From: Myxococcota bacterium
GTDB lineage: Bacteria; Myxococcota; XYA12-FULL-58-9; JALHOP01
Length of the DNA stretch: 18,968 bases
NCBI GenBank assembly: GCA_041288095.1
Contig: JBGGMJ010000046.1
Span: forward strand, 1 to 18,968
Direction: 5' to 3'
In this document: positions 6,616 to 14,850 of the stretch, one piece after another
Layout of the letters: every line of letters begins with the position of its first letter
Numbering within the stretch: position 1 is the first letter of the stretch
Translations under genes and position numbers: made by a program
Notes under the pieces: generated by a model
Told to the model about the DNA's origin: nothing
Databases searched by the model: none
Seen by the model: only the letters and a program-made list of their open reading frames with translations

Positions 6616-7491
6616 TTGGGTCCGACTACCGTCAAAGAGTCCATCGCACCGCCCCTGAACATCGTCGGAGCCTCTTCGCTGACTGGCCGCGAGGTCGTCC
6701 CGGTCGCCTCGGCGGGGCAATCAATGCCTCTCGCCGTCGCCGCGTCCTTGATCCGGGAGCAGGACAGCAGCTTCGAGCGCGTCACCTACGGCAAGGCCGA
6801 CTTTCACAACGGGCCATTCGTGCGCGCCAAGAATTGGTGCGCTCGCAACGACCTCAACGTCGACGGCAGCAACTCGCGCGTCGCGGTCGGCTTCGTCGGT
6901 ATCGCCGGCGCCCTGGCGGCGACCATCGGTTATCACGTCTACGTGAACACCGATCCGAACGTCATCACAGCGATCACCGGTGCGCTCATTGCCGCGCCGT
7001 TCCTGGGCTCGCGTTACGTCGTGGGCGCGATCGATTCCCTCGCCGCGCGCAGCATCAAGAAAGCCTTGCGCCGGCAGGTGCAGCTCGAAGCCGTGCGGCC
7101 GAGCATCGTGGCCTTCCGCGAGAGCGTCGGCGTGGAGAAGGCCTTGCGCGGCACGGTCTTGACCTCGTGGTTCGAGCTCATGGACACGAAACGCGCGCTC
7201 AGCGGTCCCGCGCGGGTCGAGCTCATGCGCGTCAAGCAAGAGCTCGAGGCCTTGAGGGCATCCGATCGCAACGACGCGAGTCGTCTCTTCGAGCTCACCA
7301 AGCTGGTCGACGCCAAGGGCGACGTCAGCAGCCATGCCGTCGATGCGATCGTCAGCCAGCTGCAAACCGCTTCAGACGATGAGCGTGCCGCCCTCGCGCA
7401 GGGCGTCGTGCAGCTCCTCCACGAGAACGGCCGCGACGTCGACTACGTTCCCGGCCATAAGCTCCACGAGCTGACCATCGAAAAGCGTTAA
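6616..7491 (+). CDS. Hypothetical membrane protein (two-TM hairpin plus helical C-terminus)
   Basis: Same frame as ORF 6418-7491; start reassigned to TTG 6616 (GGAG at 6606-6609, promoter motif just upstream). Hydrophobic segments VAVGFVGIAGALAATIGYHVYV and VITAITGALIAAPFLG. The stop overlaps the pdxA stop (TTAA 7488-7491). ATG 6724 is an alternative start. Confidence 0.72.
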   Translation: MGPTTVKESIAPPLNIVGASSLTGREVVPVASAGQSMPLAVAASLIREQDSSFERVTYGKADFHNGPFVRAKNWCARNDLNVDGSNSRVAVGFVGIAGALAATIGYHVYVNTDPNVITAITGALIAAPFLGSRYVVGAIDSLAARSIKKALRRQVQLEAVRPSIVAFRESVGVEKALRGTVLTSWFELMDTKRALSGPARVELMRVKQELEALRASDRNDASRLFELTKLVDAKGDVSSHAVDAIVSQLQTASDDERAALAQGVVQLLHENGRDVDYVPGHKLHELTIEKR

Positions 7492-8402
7492 CGCTTGACG
7501 CAGAGCTCCAACGCGAGCTCCAGGGCCGACAGCATGCCCGCCGGCCGCGCCTGGTCCTTGCCGGCGATGTCGTAGGCGGTGCCGTGATCCGGTGATGTGC
7601 GCGGATGCGTTAGGCCGAGCGTCACGTTGACCGCGTCGCCAAAGCCGAGCAGCTTCACGGGGATGAGCGCCTGGTCGTGATAGAGCGCGACGACGCCGTC
7701 GAACTCCCCGTCAACGGCGCGGCGAAACAGGGTGTCGGCGGGATAGGGTCCGCTCAAGCGCACACCGGCCGCGCGCGCCGCCGCCACCGCCGGCTCGAGG
7801 ATCAGCTTTTCGTCGTCACCCAAGAGGCCGTCTTCGCCGGCATGCGGATTGAGGGCGGCCAGCGCCAGATTCGGATCGGCGATGCCGAGGTGAGAGCGCA
7901 GAGCCGCCGTGAAGAGCGCGGCCACCTCGACGATGCGCGCGGCTGAAAGCTGCTTGATCGCCAGCGCCAGCGGCACGTGGACGGTCGCCAGCACGGTGCG
8001 CAGCTGCGGCGAGAAGAACGCCATCGCGGTCGGGCCGGTGCCCATCTCGCGCGCCAGGATCTCGGTATGGCCGCGATCGTTGCTGCCGGCCAACGCCAAG
8101 GCATGCTTCGAGATGGGAGCGGTGACGAGGCCGTCCGCCTGTCCGCTCTTGCACAAGGCGATACCGGCGGCGAGCGTATCGAGCGCGGCGCGGCCACTGG
8201 CGGCGCTCGCGCGACCGAGAGGCCCCGCGAAGGGCGCGATGGAGTGGGCACGCTTGCCCAAGCGCCGCGCCATCGGGTCCGCTATGTTTTCGGGCCCGAC
8301 GACGATGATGCTCGCGGCCGCCGGCAGAGTCGCGATCGCTTTTTCGGTGACCTCGGGCCCGATGCCCGCCGGGTCGCCCACCGTGACCGCCAAAACAGTC
8401 AT
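7488..8402 (-). CDS. pdxA: 4-hydroxythreonine-4-phosphate dehydrogenase
   Basis: Signature motifs GDPAGIGPE, VTAPISK, GHTE, LNPHAGEDG, GPYPADT, YHDQALIPVK, RTSPDHGTAYDIAG; directly downstream of surA. Confidence 0.97.
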   Translation of the reverse strand: MTVLAVTVGDPAGIGPEVTEKAIATLPAAASIIVVGPENIADPMARRLGKRAHSIAPFAGPLGRASAASGRAALDTLAAGIALCKSGQADGLVTAPISKHALALAGSNDRGHTEILAREMGTGPTAMAFFSPQLRTVLATVHVPLALAIKQLSAARIVEVAALFTAALRSHLGIADPNLALAALNPHAGEDGLLGDDEKLILEPAVAAARAAGVRLSGPYPADTLFRRAVDGEFDGVVALYHDQALIPVKLLGFGDAVNVTLGLTHPRTSPDHGTAYDIAGKDQARPAGMLSALELALELCVKR

Positions 8403-8405
8403 GTC

Positions 8406-9545
8406 CTAGATACGGACGTCGATGAATGCCTTGGCGCGCAGCTCCTGCATCCAGGCACCCATCTGGCGCTCCATCTCCTCTTGATAGATCTCGTTGCGGA
8501 ACTGGTTGAGCGCGTCGCCGCTGCAGTCGAGAGGCGCTTCCTCGGGGACGGTGTCCTTGCCGGCGAGCTTGATGACATGGAAGCCGAACGGCGTCTTCAC
8601 CACGCTCGAGACCTCTCCCGACTTGAGCGCGAACGTCGCCTTTTCGAACTCCTCGACCATCTCGCCGCGCGCGAAGCAGATGCGCCCATCGGGCGACGCT
8701 TTGTCGTCCGAGTACTTGTTGGCGTAGGCCTTGAAATCAGCGCCGTTCACGAGCTCCGCCCGGAGCTGCACCGCTTTGGCGTACAAGCGTTCGGTCTCCG
8801 TCGCGCCGGCGCCGTCGGGAACGCGCAACAGGACGTGCATGGCACAGACCTTCTTGTCGTCGCCGATGCGGCCACGCTCTTCGCAACGGCGCAGGACCTC
8901 GGCCTCCTTCACCTGCACGCGGCCCTGCACCTTGAACTGCACGAGGCGCGCCCGCTCGATCTGATCGCGCAGCTTCTTGCGGTATTCGGACCAGGTCATG
9001 CCCTGACTGTAGAGCGCTGCCTGCAGTTGATCCTCGGTGATGTTGTTCATGCGCAAGACTTCTTGCACGGCGCGGTCGACGTCCTGCTCGGTGACGCCGA
9101 GGCGATCTTTGTTGGTGCCGAGCTCGTGCGAGACGATGCGCTCGTCGATCTCGATGTTGAGCACCTGCTTCAAGATGGCGACGCGCTTCTTGTCGCGTTC
9201 GCTCGGGTCAGTCACGCCCTCGAGCTGGCTCATGTAGGGCTGCGCCTTCTTCTCGAGCTCGCGGATGGTGATGACTTCGTCCTCGATGACGCAGGCAATG
9301 CGATCGACACCAGTGCGCGGCCCCTTGGGCGTCGTTCGCTGCATCGGCGCGAGCTTTGGCGGCGGCTTGCGGCGCTTGTCGTCCTTGTCCTTGTCCATGT
9401 TCGGGAAGCTGTTGTTGTTGCGGCCGCCGAAGCCACCACCACCGCCTCGGCCGCCCATGCCACCCATGCCGCCGTATTGGGCATGCGCACTGTCCGCGAT
9501 AGCGAGCACGGCGAGCCAAGCCACGATGAACGTCTTAAATGACAC
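8406..9545 (-). CDS. surA: SurA-like periplasmic chaperone / parvulin PPIase
   Basis: VDRIACVIEDEVIT (SurA N-domain), a parvulin domain (HVLLRV...YSDD...GEMVEEFEKATFAL...KTPFGFHVIK) and WMQELRAKAFIDVR end. Start reassigned to GTG 9545 (GAGGAG upstream, signal peptide ending AHA-Q), overlapping the previous gene's end. Confidence 0.88.
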   Translation of the reverse strand: MSFKTFIVAWLAVLAIADSAHAQYGGMGGMGGRGGGGGFGGRNNNSFPNMDKDKDDKRRKPPPKLAPMQRTTPKGPRTGVDRIACVIEDEVITIRELEKKAQPYMSQLEGVTDPSERDKKRVAILKQVLNIEIDERIVSHELGTNKDRLGVTEQDVDRAVQEVLRMNNITEDQLQAALYSQGMTWSEYRKKLRDQIERARLVQFKVQGRVQVKEAEVLRRCEERGRIGDDKKVCAMHVLLRVPDGAGATETERLYAKAVQLRAELVNGADFKAYANKYSDDKASPDGRICFARGEMVEEFEKATFALKSGEVSSVVKTPFGFHVIKLAGKDTVPEEAPLDCSGDALNQFRNEIYQEEMERQMGAWMQELRAKAFIDVRI

Positions 9546-10473
9546 GGGACAACTGCTCCTCACGAACCACGATCTGCGATTTGCTCCGCAGCTCGGCGAT
9601 CTTCGCCGCATGGGCGTCTCGTTCTTTGTCTTTACGGAGCCGCGCCTCGACGTCATCGCGTACCTTTTCGATGGGACGCGGGGCCGGCGGGCGATGCTCG
9701 AGCACTTTGAACACGTGAAAGCCGTATTCGCTAGGGATCACGGGGCTCACCTGGTTCACCGGCAGCTTGAAACAGGCCTCGTCGATGACCTTGGGCATCT
9801 CACCGTGCGCGAAGAAGCCGAGATCACCGCCGTTCTTGGCCTCTGGGCTAATGGATTCGCGCATCGCCACCTCTTCGAAGGCCTTGCCGGCGCGTAGCTC
9901 CTGGAGGACGCGTTTTCCGTCCTCTTCGGTCTTCACGATGATCTGACGGGCGCGGACCTGCTCGGGGGAGACGTTCAGCGCCGGGTTCTTCGTAAGATAG
10001 CCCTCGATCTCGGCGTCGGTCACGGCGACGCGCGAGTAAACGTGGTCGTGGAAGTACTTGCGGATGACGAGCAGCTCCCGCACCTCGGCTTTGAGCTCGG
10101 CCGTGGTCATGTCTTTCTTCTGCAAGAGCTGGTCGAACTCGTCGTCGCGCCAACCCTGGCGTAGGTTGTCGTAGCCGCGGTCGACGTCGTCGGTGCCGAC
10201 GATGACGTTTTCGGCCTCGGCGGCGCGCGTCAGCAAGCGCCGATCGATCAACATGTCGAGGATGGCGCGCTTCTGGGCGTCGTCCGAGGTCTGCGACGGC
10301 AGCCCTGCCTCATCGTCGTCGCTACCGCCGTGGAAACGCTTGAGCTCACGCTCGAGCTCGTCGACGTAGATCGGCGAGCCAGAGACCGTGGCGAGGATCT
10401 CGCGGCGTTCTTCTTGGTTGTCGTTCTTGCATGCGACGGCCGCCATCGCGGCGACGAGCACGAGACGTTTCAT
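9535..10473 (-). CDS. Parvulin (PpiC-type) peptidyl-prolyl isomerase lipoprotein, PrsA/SurA-like
   Basis: MKRLVLVAAMAAVAC lipobox; VRARQIIVK, GGDLGFF, SEYGFHVFKV rotamase motifs; ATGA overlap with the upstream gene. Confidence 0.92.
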   Translation of the reverse strand: MKRLVLVAAMAAVACKNDNQEERREILATVSGSPIYVDELERELKRFHGGSDDDEAGLPSQTSDDAQKRAILDMLIDRRLLTRAAEAENVIVGTDDVDRGYDNLRQGWRDDEFDQLLQKKDMTTAELKAEVRELLVIRKYFHDHVYSRVAVTDAEIEGYLTKNPALNVSPEQVRARQIIVKTEEDGKRVLQELRAGKAFEEVAMRESISPEAKNGGDLGFFAHGEMPKVIDEACFKLPVNQVSPVIPSEYGFHVFKVLEHRPPAPRPIEKVRDDVEARLRKDKERDAHAAKIAELRSKSQIVVREEQLSRVI

Positions 10474-11441
10474 GGAGTCGGCTCCTGCGCCGCTTCGATG
10501 CTGCGTTGCAAGCCCTCGAGCACCAGGGCGAGCTTGTCGTCGTAGACGGCGATTGGATAGCGCGCGCGCAGCTCGGCGAGGTACTTGTCGAACGCGAGCG
10601 ACCGCTGGTTCTTCAGGAGCCTCTCGCGGATCTCGTCGCGCACCTCGTCGATCGGCCGTGCCAAAGCCTCACGCACCGCGACGACGCGCACCACGTGCCA
10701 GCCCTTGGTGCTCTGCACCGGCTGGGCGGCCATCTCGTTGGTGGCGAGAGAGAAAACGTCGTTCGCGAAAGAGACACCGAGCTCGCTCGCCAGCTCCTGC
10801 TTGGTCTTGAAGAGCAGCTCGCCGCCGCGGTCCTTCGACTCGGACGCAGTGGAGAAGCGCTGCGCCATGGTCTTGAAGAGCGCCCGGTTGTCCGTTTTAG
10901 CGGCGAGCTCGGTGATGAGCGCGGCGGCGGTCGACTGGCCCTTCTCGTCGGGTGAGAGCTGGATGTGCGCGATGCGCCGCATCTCCGGCTGCATGTACTG
11001 ATCGCGGTTGCGATCGTAATACGACTGCATCTCCTTCTCGGAGACGACGACACCCTCTTCGTTGAAAGTCGCCTCGCCGAGATCGCGCTCGAGGAGCTTA
11101 CGGACCATGATCTTGCGCGCCGCGGCGATGACCTCGGGATCGTGGTCGAGCCCGCGCTCCAGCGCGGCTTGCGCGAGGAGCTCCAAGCGCACCTGGTCCT
11201 CGACGAACTGCTTCACCTCGCCGACGTCTTTGTAGCGACGCGGCGCCGCCTGTCCCTGGGCGCGGATGGCTTCGACAATCTGGTCGCGGGTGATCGGAGT
11301 GATGCCGACCTTGGCCACCGCCGGGCCCTCCTGCACCGCTGGCTGCAAGCACCGACCGCTGCTACCCGAACGACCTTGCGGCGGCGTGCAAGCCACCAAG
11401 GCGAGGCAGAGAAGATGAGCTAAGACGCGGCCGTAAGGCAT
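10470..11441 (-). CDS. Parvulin (PpiC-type) peptidyl-prolyl isomerase lipoprotein
   Basis: Start at ATG 11441 gives MPYGRVLAHLLCLALVAC (lipobox); RRIAHIQL, SKDRGGEL, PVQSTKGWHVVRV rotamase motifs. Confidence 0.9.
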   Translation of the reverse strand: MPYGRVLAHLLCLALVACTPPQGRSGSSGRCLQPAVQEGPAVAKVGITPITRDQIVEAIRAQGQAAPRRYKDVGEVKQFVEDQVRLELLAQAALERGLDHDPEVIAAARKIMVRKLLERDLGEATFNEEGVVVSEKEMQSYYDRNRDQYMQPEMRRIAHIQLSPDEKGQSTAAALITELAAKTDNRALFKTMAQRFSTASESKDRGGELLFKTKQELASELGVSFANDVFSLATNEMAAQPVQSTKGWHVVRVVAVREALARPIDEVRDEIRERLLKNQRSLAFDKYLAELRARYPIAVYDDKLALVLEGLQRSIEAAQEPTP

Positions 11442-11504
11442 CGGTGCCAGGTGGGTAGCACCCGGAACCTGCTCAAGCAACCAACCGGCTGCGCCGCGGG
11501 TGAT

Positions 11505-13397
11505 CTAGCGCTGAGCCGCCGCGTGACGAGCCAGGTAATCGCGAATCGTCTGCTTGGCGTGGGTCACGGCCTCGAACGGCTCCTGCCCCGTTGGCCACAC
11601 CAGCTCGAGGACGTCGAGGGCACGGCGGGCTGCGTCCGGATTCGGCAGGACGCCCGGCGCGGCGTCGTCTGACACCGTGTTCACGGTTTCGAGCAAGCGG
11701 CGGTAGGTCGCGCGCTCGGCCTCGGGACGCGAGCTGTCGGCAACGCGACGTTCGAGCTCCGCACGGAAGGCGGCCGGATTGATCATGTACGGGAAGGCGA
11801 AGGAGCGCTCCGGGGTCGCGAAGACACGGCGACGGAATTCCGGATCCATCGTGATGTCACCATTACGATCGGCTTCCTGCATGGCGCCGTAGAGACCGAT
11901 GAGGATCGAGTCACCGCAGTGCCCGAAGACGCCGTAGCCATCGGCGCGCAAGCGCTGCGCGGTAGCGGACGTCGATATGGTGTCGGCATAGAGGCCGGCG
12001 TCGATGATCGTGCGCAAGGCAGCAGGGCCTCGCACGGTCACGTAATCGCGACCATTGGTCCAGGCCGAATCACGCTCGACGCTGCCCGGGAAGAAGCCGA
12101 TGTTGCTTACGCCCTGGAACCACGCAGCGCCGCCGGTGATGCGCGGGCCGGGCGCGGCGGCATCCGCCGGCGGGCGCACGCTAACGTTGAGCTCGAAGTG
12201 GACCCAAGGCACCAGCGCCTGGCGTCCATCGGCGCCGCGTAGACCGATAGTCGAAAACGTCGGCACGGCGAGCTTGGTGAAGGAGCCGTCGGCGTTACGC
12301 ACCGACAGGTCGGGGAGATCCGCGCCCTGCATGCGCAGGCGCACCTCGAGCTGGTGGCCGCTCGCCTGGAGATCGGTGAGGAAGCTGGCGAGGCTCGTGT
12401 ACGTCTTGTCGCCAAAACGGACACTGAAGCGCTCCCCTGGGTTCTTGACATGCTCGTTCGAGCCAAGGCGGTCGAGGACCTCGGACCAGAGGCGATTCTG
12501 ACGCTCGGCGGTGAGGTCGCCGGTCGCGGGCAGCTCGCCGTAGTAGAGGGGGCCGGCAACTTGCCGCGGATTCACGCGGTTGGTGCGGATAGTCGAAAGG
12601 TCGAAGGTGTTGAGATCGACGTGACGGCCGAGCTGATGGTCACGCTCCGTGCCACCGACCTGACCGGCCTGGTACGCGCGATTGAGATGCTGGAAGCCGG
12701 TGCGGACCTCGTCCGGGCCCCAGGCGAAGATGCGCATGAAGAGCTCGGGGCGATTGAGGAGACTGCGAACCGCGAACTCGGGCAGGGGGATGCCCTGCGC
12801 GCGCAAGACCTGCGTGAGCTCGCGCTGGAGCTCCGGGTTCTGCTGCGCCAGGCGGAACATTTCGGGATAGCTGAGCGTGTCGTTGTAGCGCGTGGTGTCG
12901 AGGCGCATGGCGGTCGAGAAATCCGCAAAGCCCTCCGGCGGATGCAGAGCACGCTCACGCAGCATGCCCATGAGGTCGCCCTTGGCGTTGGCCGCGGGCT
13001 CCGGCACCAAGAGAGGAAGGCCGAACAGGAAGCCGACCGAGTCGGCCCAAGCGGCGGCAGCGGTGCCGACGATGCCGGTAGCCACGGCGCCGGCGCGGTA
13101 GCCGGTCCCGCCGAGAGCCCACAGGTCGCGGGTGATGCCGTAGTTTGCGCGGCTCCAGCCGCCGACGCGCGAGAAGGGCGAATACCAGCGCGAGCCCGAC
13201 TCGGCTGGTGGATCGGGCTGCGGCGTCGAGGCCGGGCGAGCGGTCGGTGTCGATTGAGCGCGAACGACCGGGAGCCGCGGGGTGGCGTCCGCGATGCGGA
13301 GGATGGGGGGCTGGGCCGGGGCATCGTCGGTGAGCACCACGGGGGTTCGATTGGGCTCGACTCTGGAAGCTGGGGAAAGAGGTGCCACTGCGACCAT
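11505..13397 (-). CDS. Hypothetical protein, 630 aa, with Pro-rich disordered N-terminus
   Basis: Long ORF with coding-like codon bias; about 70-aa Pro/Thr/Ala-rich leader, one hydrophobic segment (AVATGIVGTAAAAWADSVGFLFGLPLLV) and a globular C-terminal part containing GYGVFGHCGDS. Confidence 0.8.
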   Translation of the reverse strand: MVAVAPLSPASRVEPNRTPVVLTDDAPAQPPILRIADATPRLPVVRAQSTPTARPASTPQPDPPAESGSRWYSPFSRVGGWSRANYGITRDLWALGGTGYRAGAVATGIVGTAAAAWADSVGFLFGLPLLVPEPAANAKGDLMGMLRERALHPPEGFADFSTAMRLDTTRYNDTLSYPEMFRLAQQNPELQRELTQVLRAQGIPLPEFAVRSLLNRPELFMRIFAWGPDEVRTGFQHLNRAYQAGQVGGTERDHQLGRHVDLNTFDLSTIRTNRVNPRQVAGPLYYGELPATGDLTAERQNRLWSEVLDRLGSNEHVKNPGERFSVRFGDKTYTSLASFLTDLQASGHQLEVRLRMQGADLPDLSVRNADGSFTKLAVPTFSTIGLRGADGRQALVPWVHFELNVSVRPPADAAAPGPRITGGAAWFQGVSNIGFFPGSVERDSAWTNGRDYVTVRGPAALRTIIDAGLYADTISTSATAQRLRADGYGVFGHCGDSILIGLYGAMQEADRNGDITMDPEFRRRVFATPERSFAFPYMINPAAFRAELERRVADSSRPEAERATYRRLLETVNTVSDDAAPGVLPNPDAARRALDVLELVWPTGQEPFEAVTHAKQTIRDYLARHAAAQR

Positions 13398-13417
13398 CCT
13401 GTTCTTAGCGAAGGACA

Positions 13418-13445
13418 GGATCGGTGACGCGCGGTCATTAGTTGC
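13418..13445 (-). promoter_or_regulatory. sigma28-like promoter (weaker copy), GCAAC-N15-ACCGATCC
   Basis: Minus-strand copy of the motif, 20 nt upstream of ATG 13397; the spacer is 1 nt longer and the -10 box is degenerate. Confidence 0.4.
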
Positions 13446-13481
13446 GGCAACGCGAACTGAAAACGAAGCAGCACAAAGTGC

Positions 13482-13508
13482 GCAACACCCGGCCGCCGCA
13501 GCCGAAAA
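13482..13508 (+). promoter_or_regulatory. sigma28-like promoter, GCAAC-N14-GCCGAAAA
   Basis: 7/8 match to GCCGATAA with the same -35 word and spacing as the 6564 copy; 38 nt upstream of ATG 13547. Confidence 0.55.
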
Positions 13509-13546
13509 CCAGAGTGGACAATCAAACAGATACTCAGGGTGCTTTT

Positions 13547-14848
13547 ATGGATTTGATGGCCGTAGCATCGCGATTCCTCCGTCGTGACGCGGACTTAGCG
13601 CCGGCGCCGAAGGCACCAGCCAAGACGACGACCGCCCCCGCTGCCTCCTGCGGTGATTGTGGAACCTGCCAAGCTGTCGAACCGTGCGCCAACGCCATCG
13701 ACGAGGCCCTGAAGCTCGCCGCCAACCGCATCGCCTCCCTCACCGCGCTGGCTCCGAAGGGCGAGCCGTGGACCGGCTGGCGGCCTTTCGAGATCGTCAA
13801 CCGCATCGAAGAGGCCGATCACCAGGTCACCTTCGAGCTCAAGCCCTGCGACGGCGAGCCCATCCCCGGCTACAAGCCCGGCCAGTTCCTGACCGTCGGT
13901 CTCACGATCAACGACGTACAAGAGCAGCGTTGCTACAGCCTCTCCGACTCCCCACAGCAAGACGTCTATCGCATCACCATCAAGCGCGTGCTCGCGCGCG
14001 GCGAGACCGCCCCCGCTGGCAAGGTCTCGAATTTCATCCACGACCAACTCCAGGTCGGCAAGAAGCTCGAGGTGAAGTCGCCGGCGGGTGAGTTCGTGCT
14101 CGACATGGCGAAGACGACCCCGGCCGTGTTCATCGCGGGTGGCGTCGGTGTCACGCCGTTCCTCTCGATGCTCAAGATGGTCGCCGACACCGGCAGCGAG
14201 CGGCAGGTGCATCTCTTCTACGCGGTCGAACAGACGAGCGAGCTAGTGCGCGCCGCCGAGCTCCGTGAGCTCGCCGCCCGACATCCGAACATCAAGGTGA
14301 GCTTCGTCGTCGCCAAACCCAAGGATAGCGAGCAGCCGGGCGTTCACTTTCACCACACTGGTCGCATCAGCATGGACCTGCTCAAGAGCCAGCTGCCGAA
14401 GGGTAACTACGACTTCTTCATGTGTGGACCGGGGCCGATGATGGCCGCGATGACCGAGGCCTTCCAACACGCCGGCGTCAGCCACCGCAACATCCACACC
14501 GAATCGTTCGGCGCCGCGCCGGCGAAGCCCGCGAGCGCCAGTCCGCTCGAGCGTGCACTCGGCGTCAACACCCCGGCGGTCGAAGTGCACTTCGTCGGCG
14601 TCAACCGAACGGTCGCGTTTTCGCCCGACAAAGGCTCGCTGCTCGAGCAGGGGCTCGCTGACGGCATCGAGCTCAACTCGATGTGCCGCTCGGGCAGCTG
14701 CAAGGGCTGCCAGTGCAGTCTGGTGAGTGGCAAGGTCGAATACCCCTTGGGTGACCCAGGCGTCCCCCCGGGCAAGGTGCTCCCGTGCGTGGCTGTGCCA
14801 CTTGCCGGTGAGCCCGTCGTCATCAACGAAACGATCGCGCGGAGCTAA
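13547..14848 (+). CDS. FAD/NAD(P)H-binding oxidoreductase with C-terminal 2Fe-2S ferredoxin (PaaE/Hcr-like FNR family)
   Basis: RCYSLS and GKVS (FAD), AGGVGVTP and MCGPGPMM...ESF (NAD), CRSGSCKGC...VLPC (2Fe-2S). Start reassigned to ATG 13547 (AGGGTG upstream, downstream of the promoter motif). Confidence 0.92.
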   Translation: MDLMAVASRFLRRDADLAPAPKAPAKTTTAPAASCGDCGTCQAVEPCANAIDEALKLAANRIASLTALAPKGEPWTGWRPFEIVNRIEEADHQVTFELKPCDGEPIPGYKPGQFLTVGLTINDVQEQRCYSLSDSPQQDVYRITIKRVLARGETAPAGKVSNFIHDQLQVGKKLEVKSPAGEFVLDMAKTTPAVFIAGGVGVTPFLSMLKMVADTGSERQVHLFYAVEQTSELVRAAELRELAARHPNIKVSFVVAKPKDSEQPGVHFHHTGRISMDLLKSQLPKGNYDFFMCGPGPMMAAMTEAFQHAGVSHRNIHTESFGAAPAKPASASPLERALGVNTPAVEVHFVGVNRTVAFSPDKGSLLEQGLADGIELNSMCRSGSCKGCQCSLVSGKVEYPLGDPGVPPGKVLPCVAVPLAGEPVVINETIARS

Positions 14849-14850
14849 TC

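Noticed and set aside
7977-9542. 521-aa + strand ORF
   Set aside because: Antisense to surA and pdxA, which have clear family motifs.
13441-13451. GTTGC-g-GCAAC palindrome as a second + strand promoter
   Set aside because: The + strand GCAAC at 13447 has no CCGA-type -10 box at the right spacing. Only the minus-strand half is used in the promoter call; an operator role cannot be judged.
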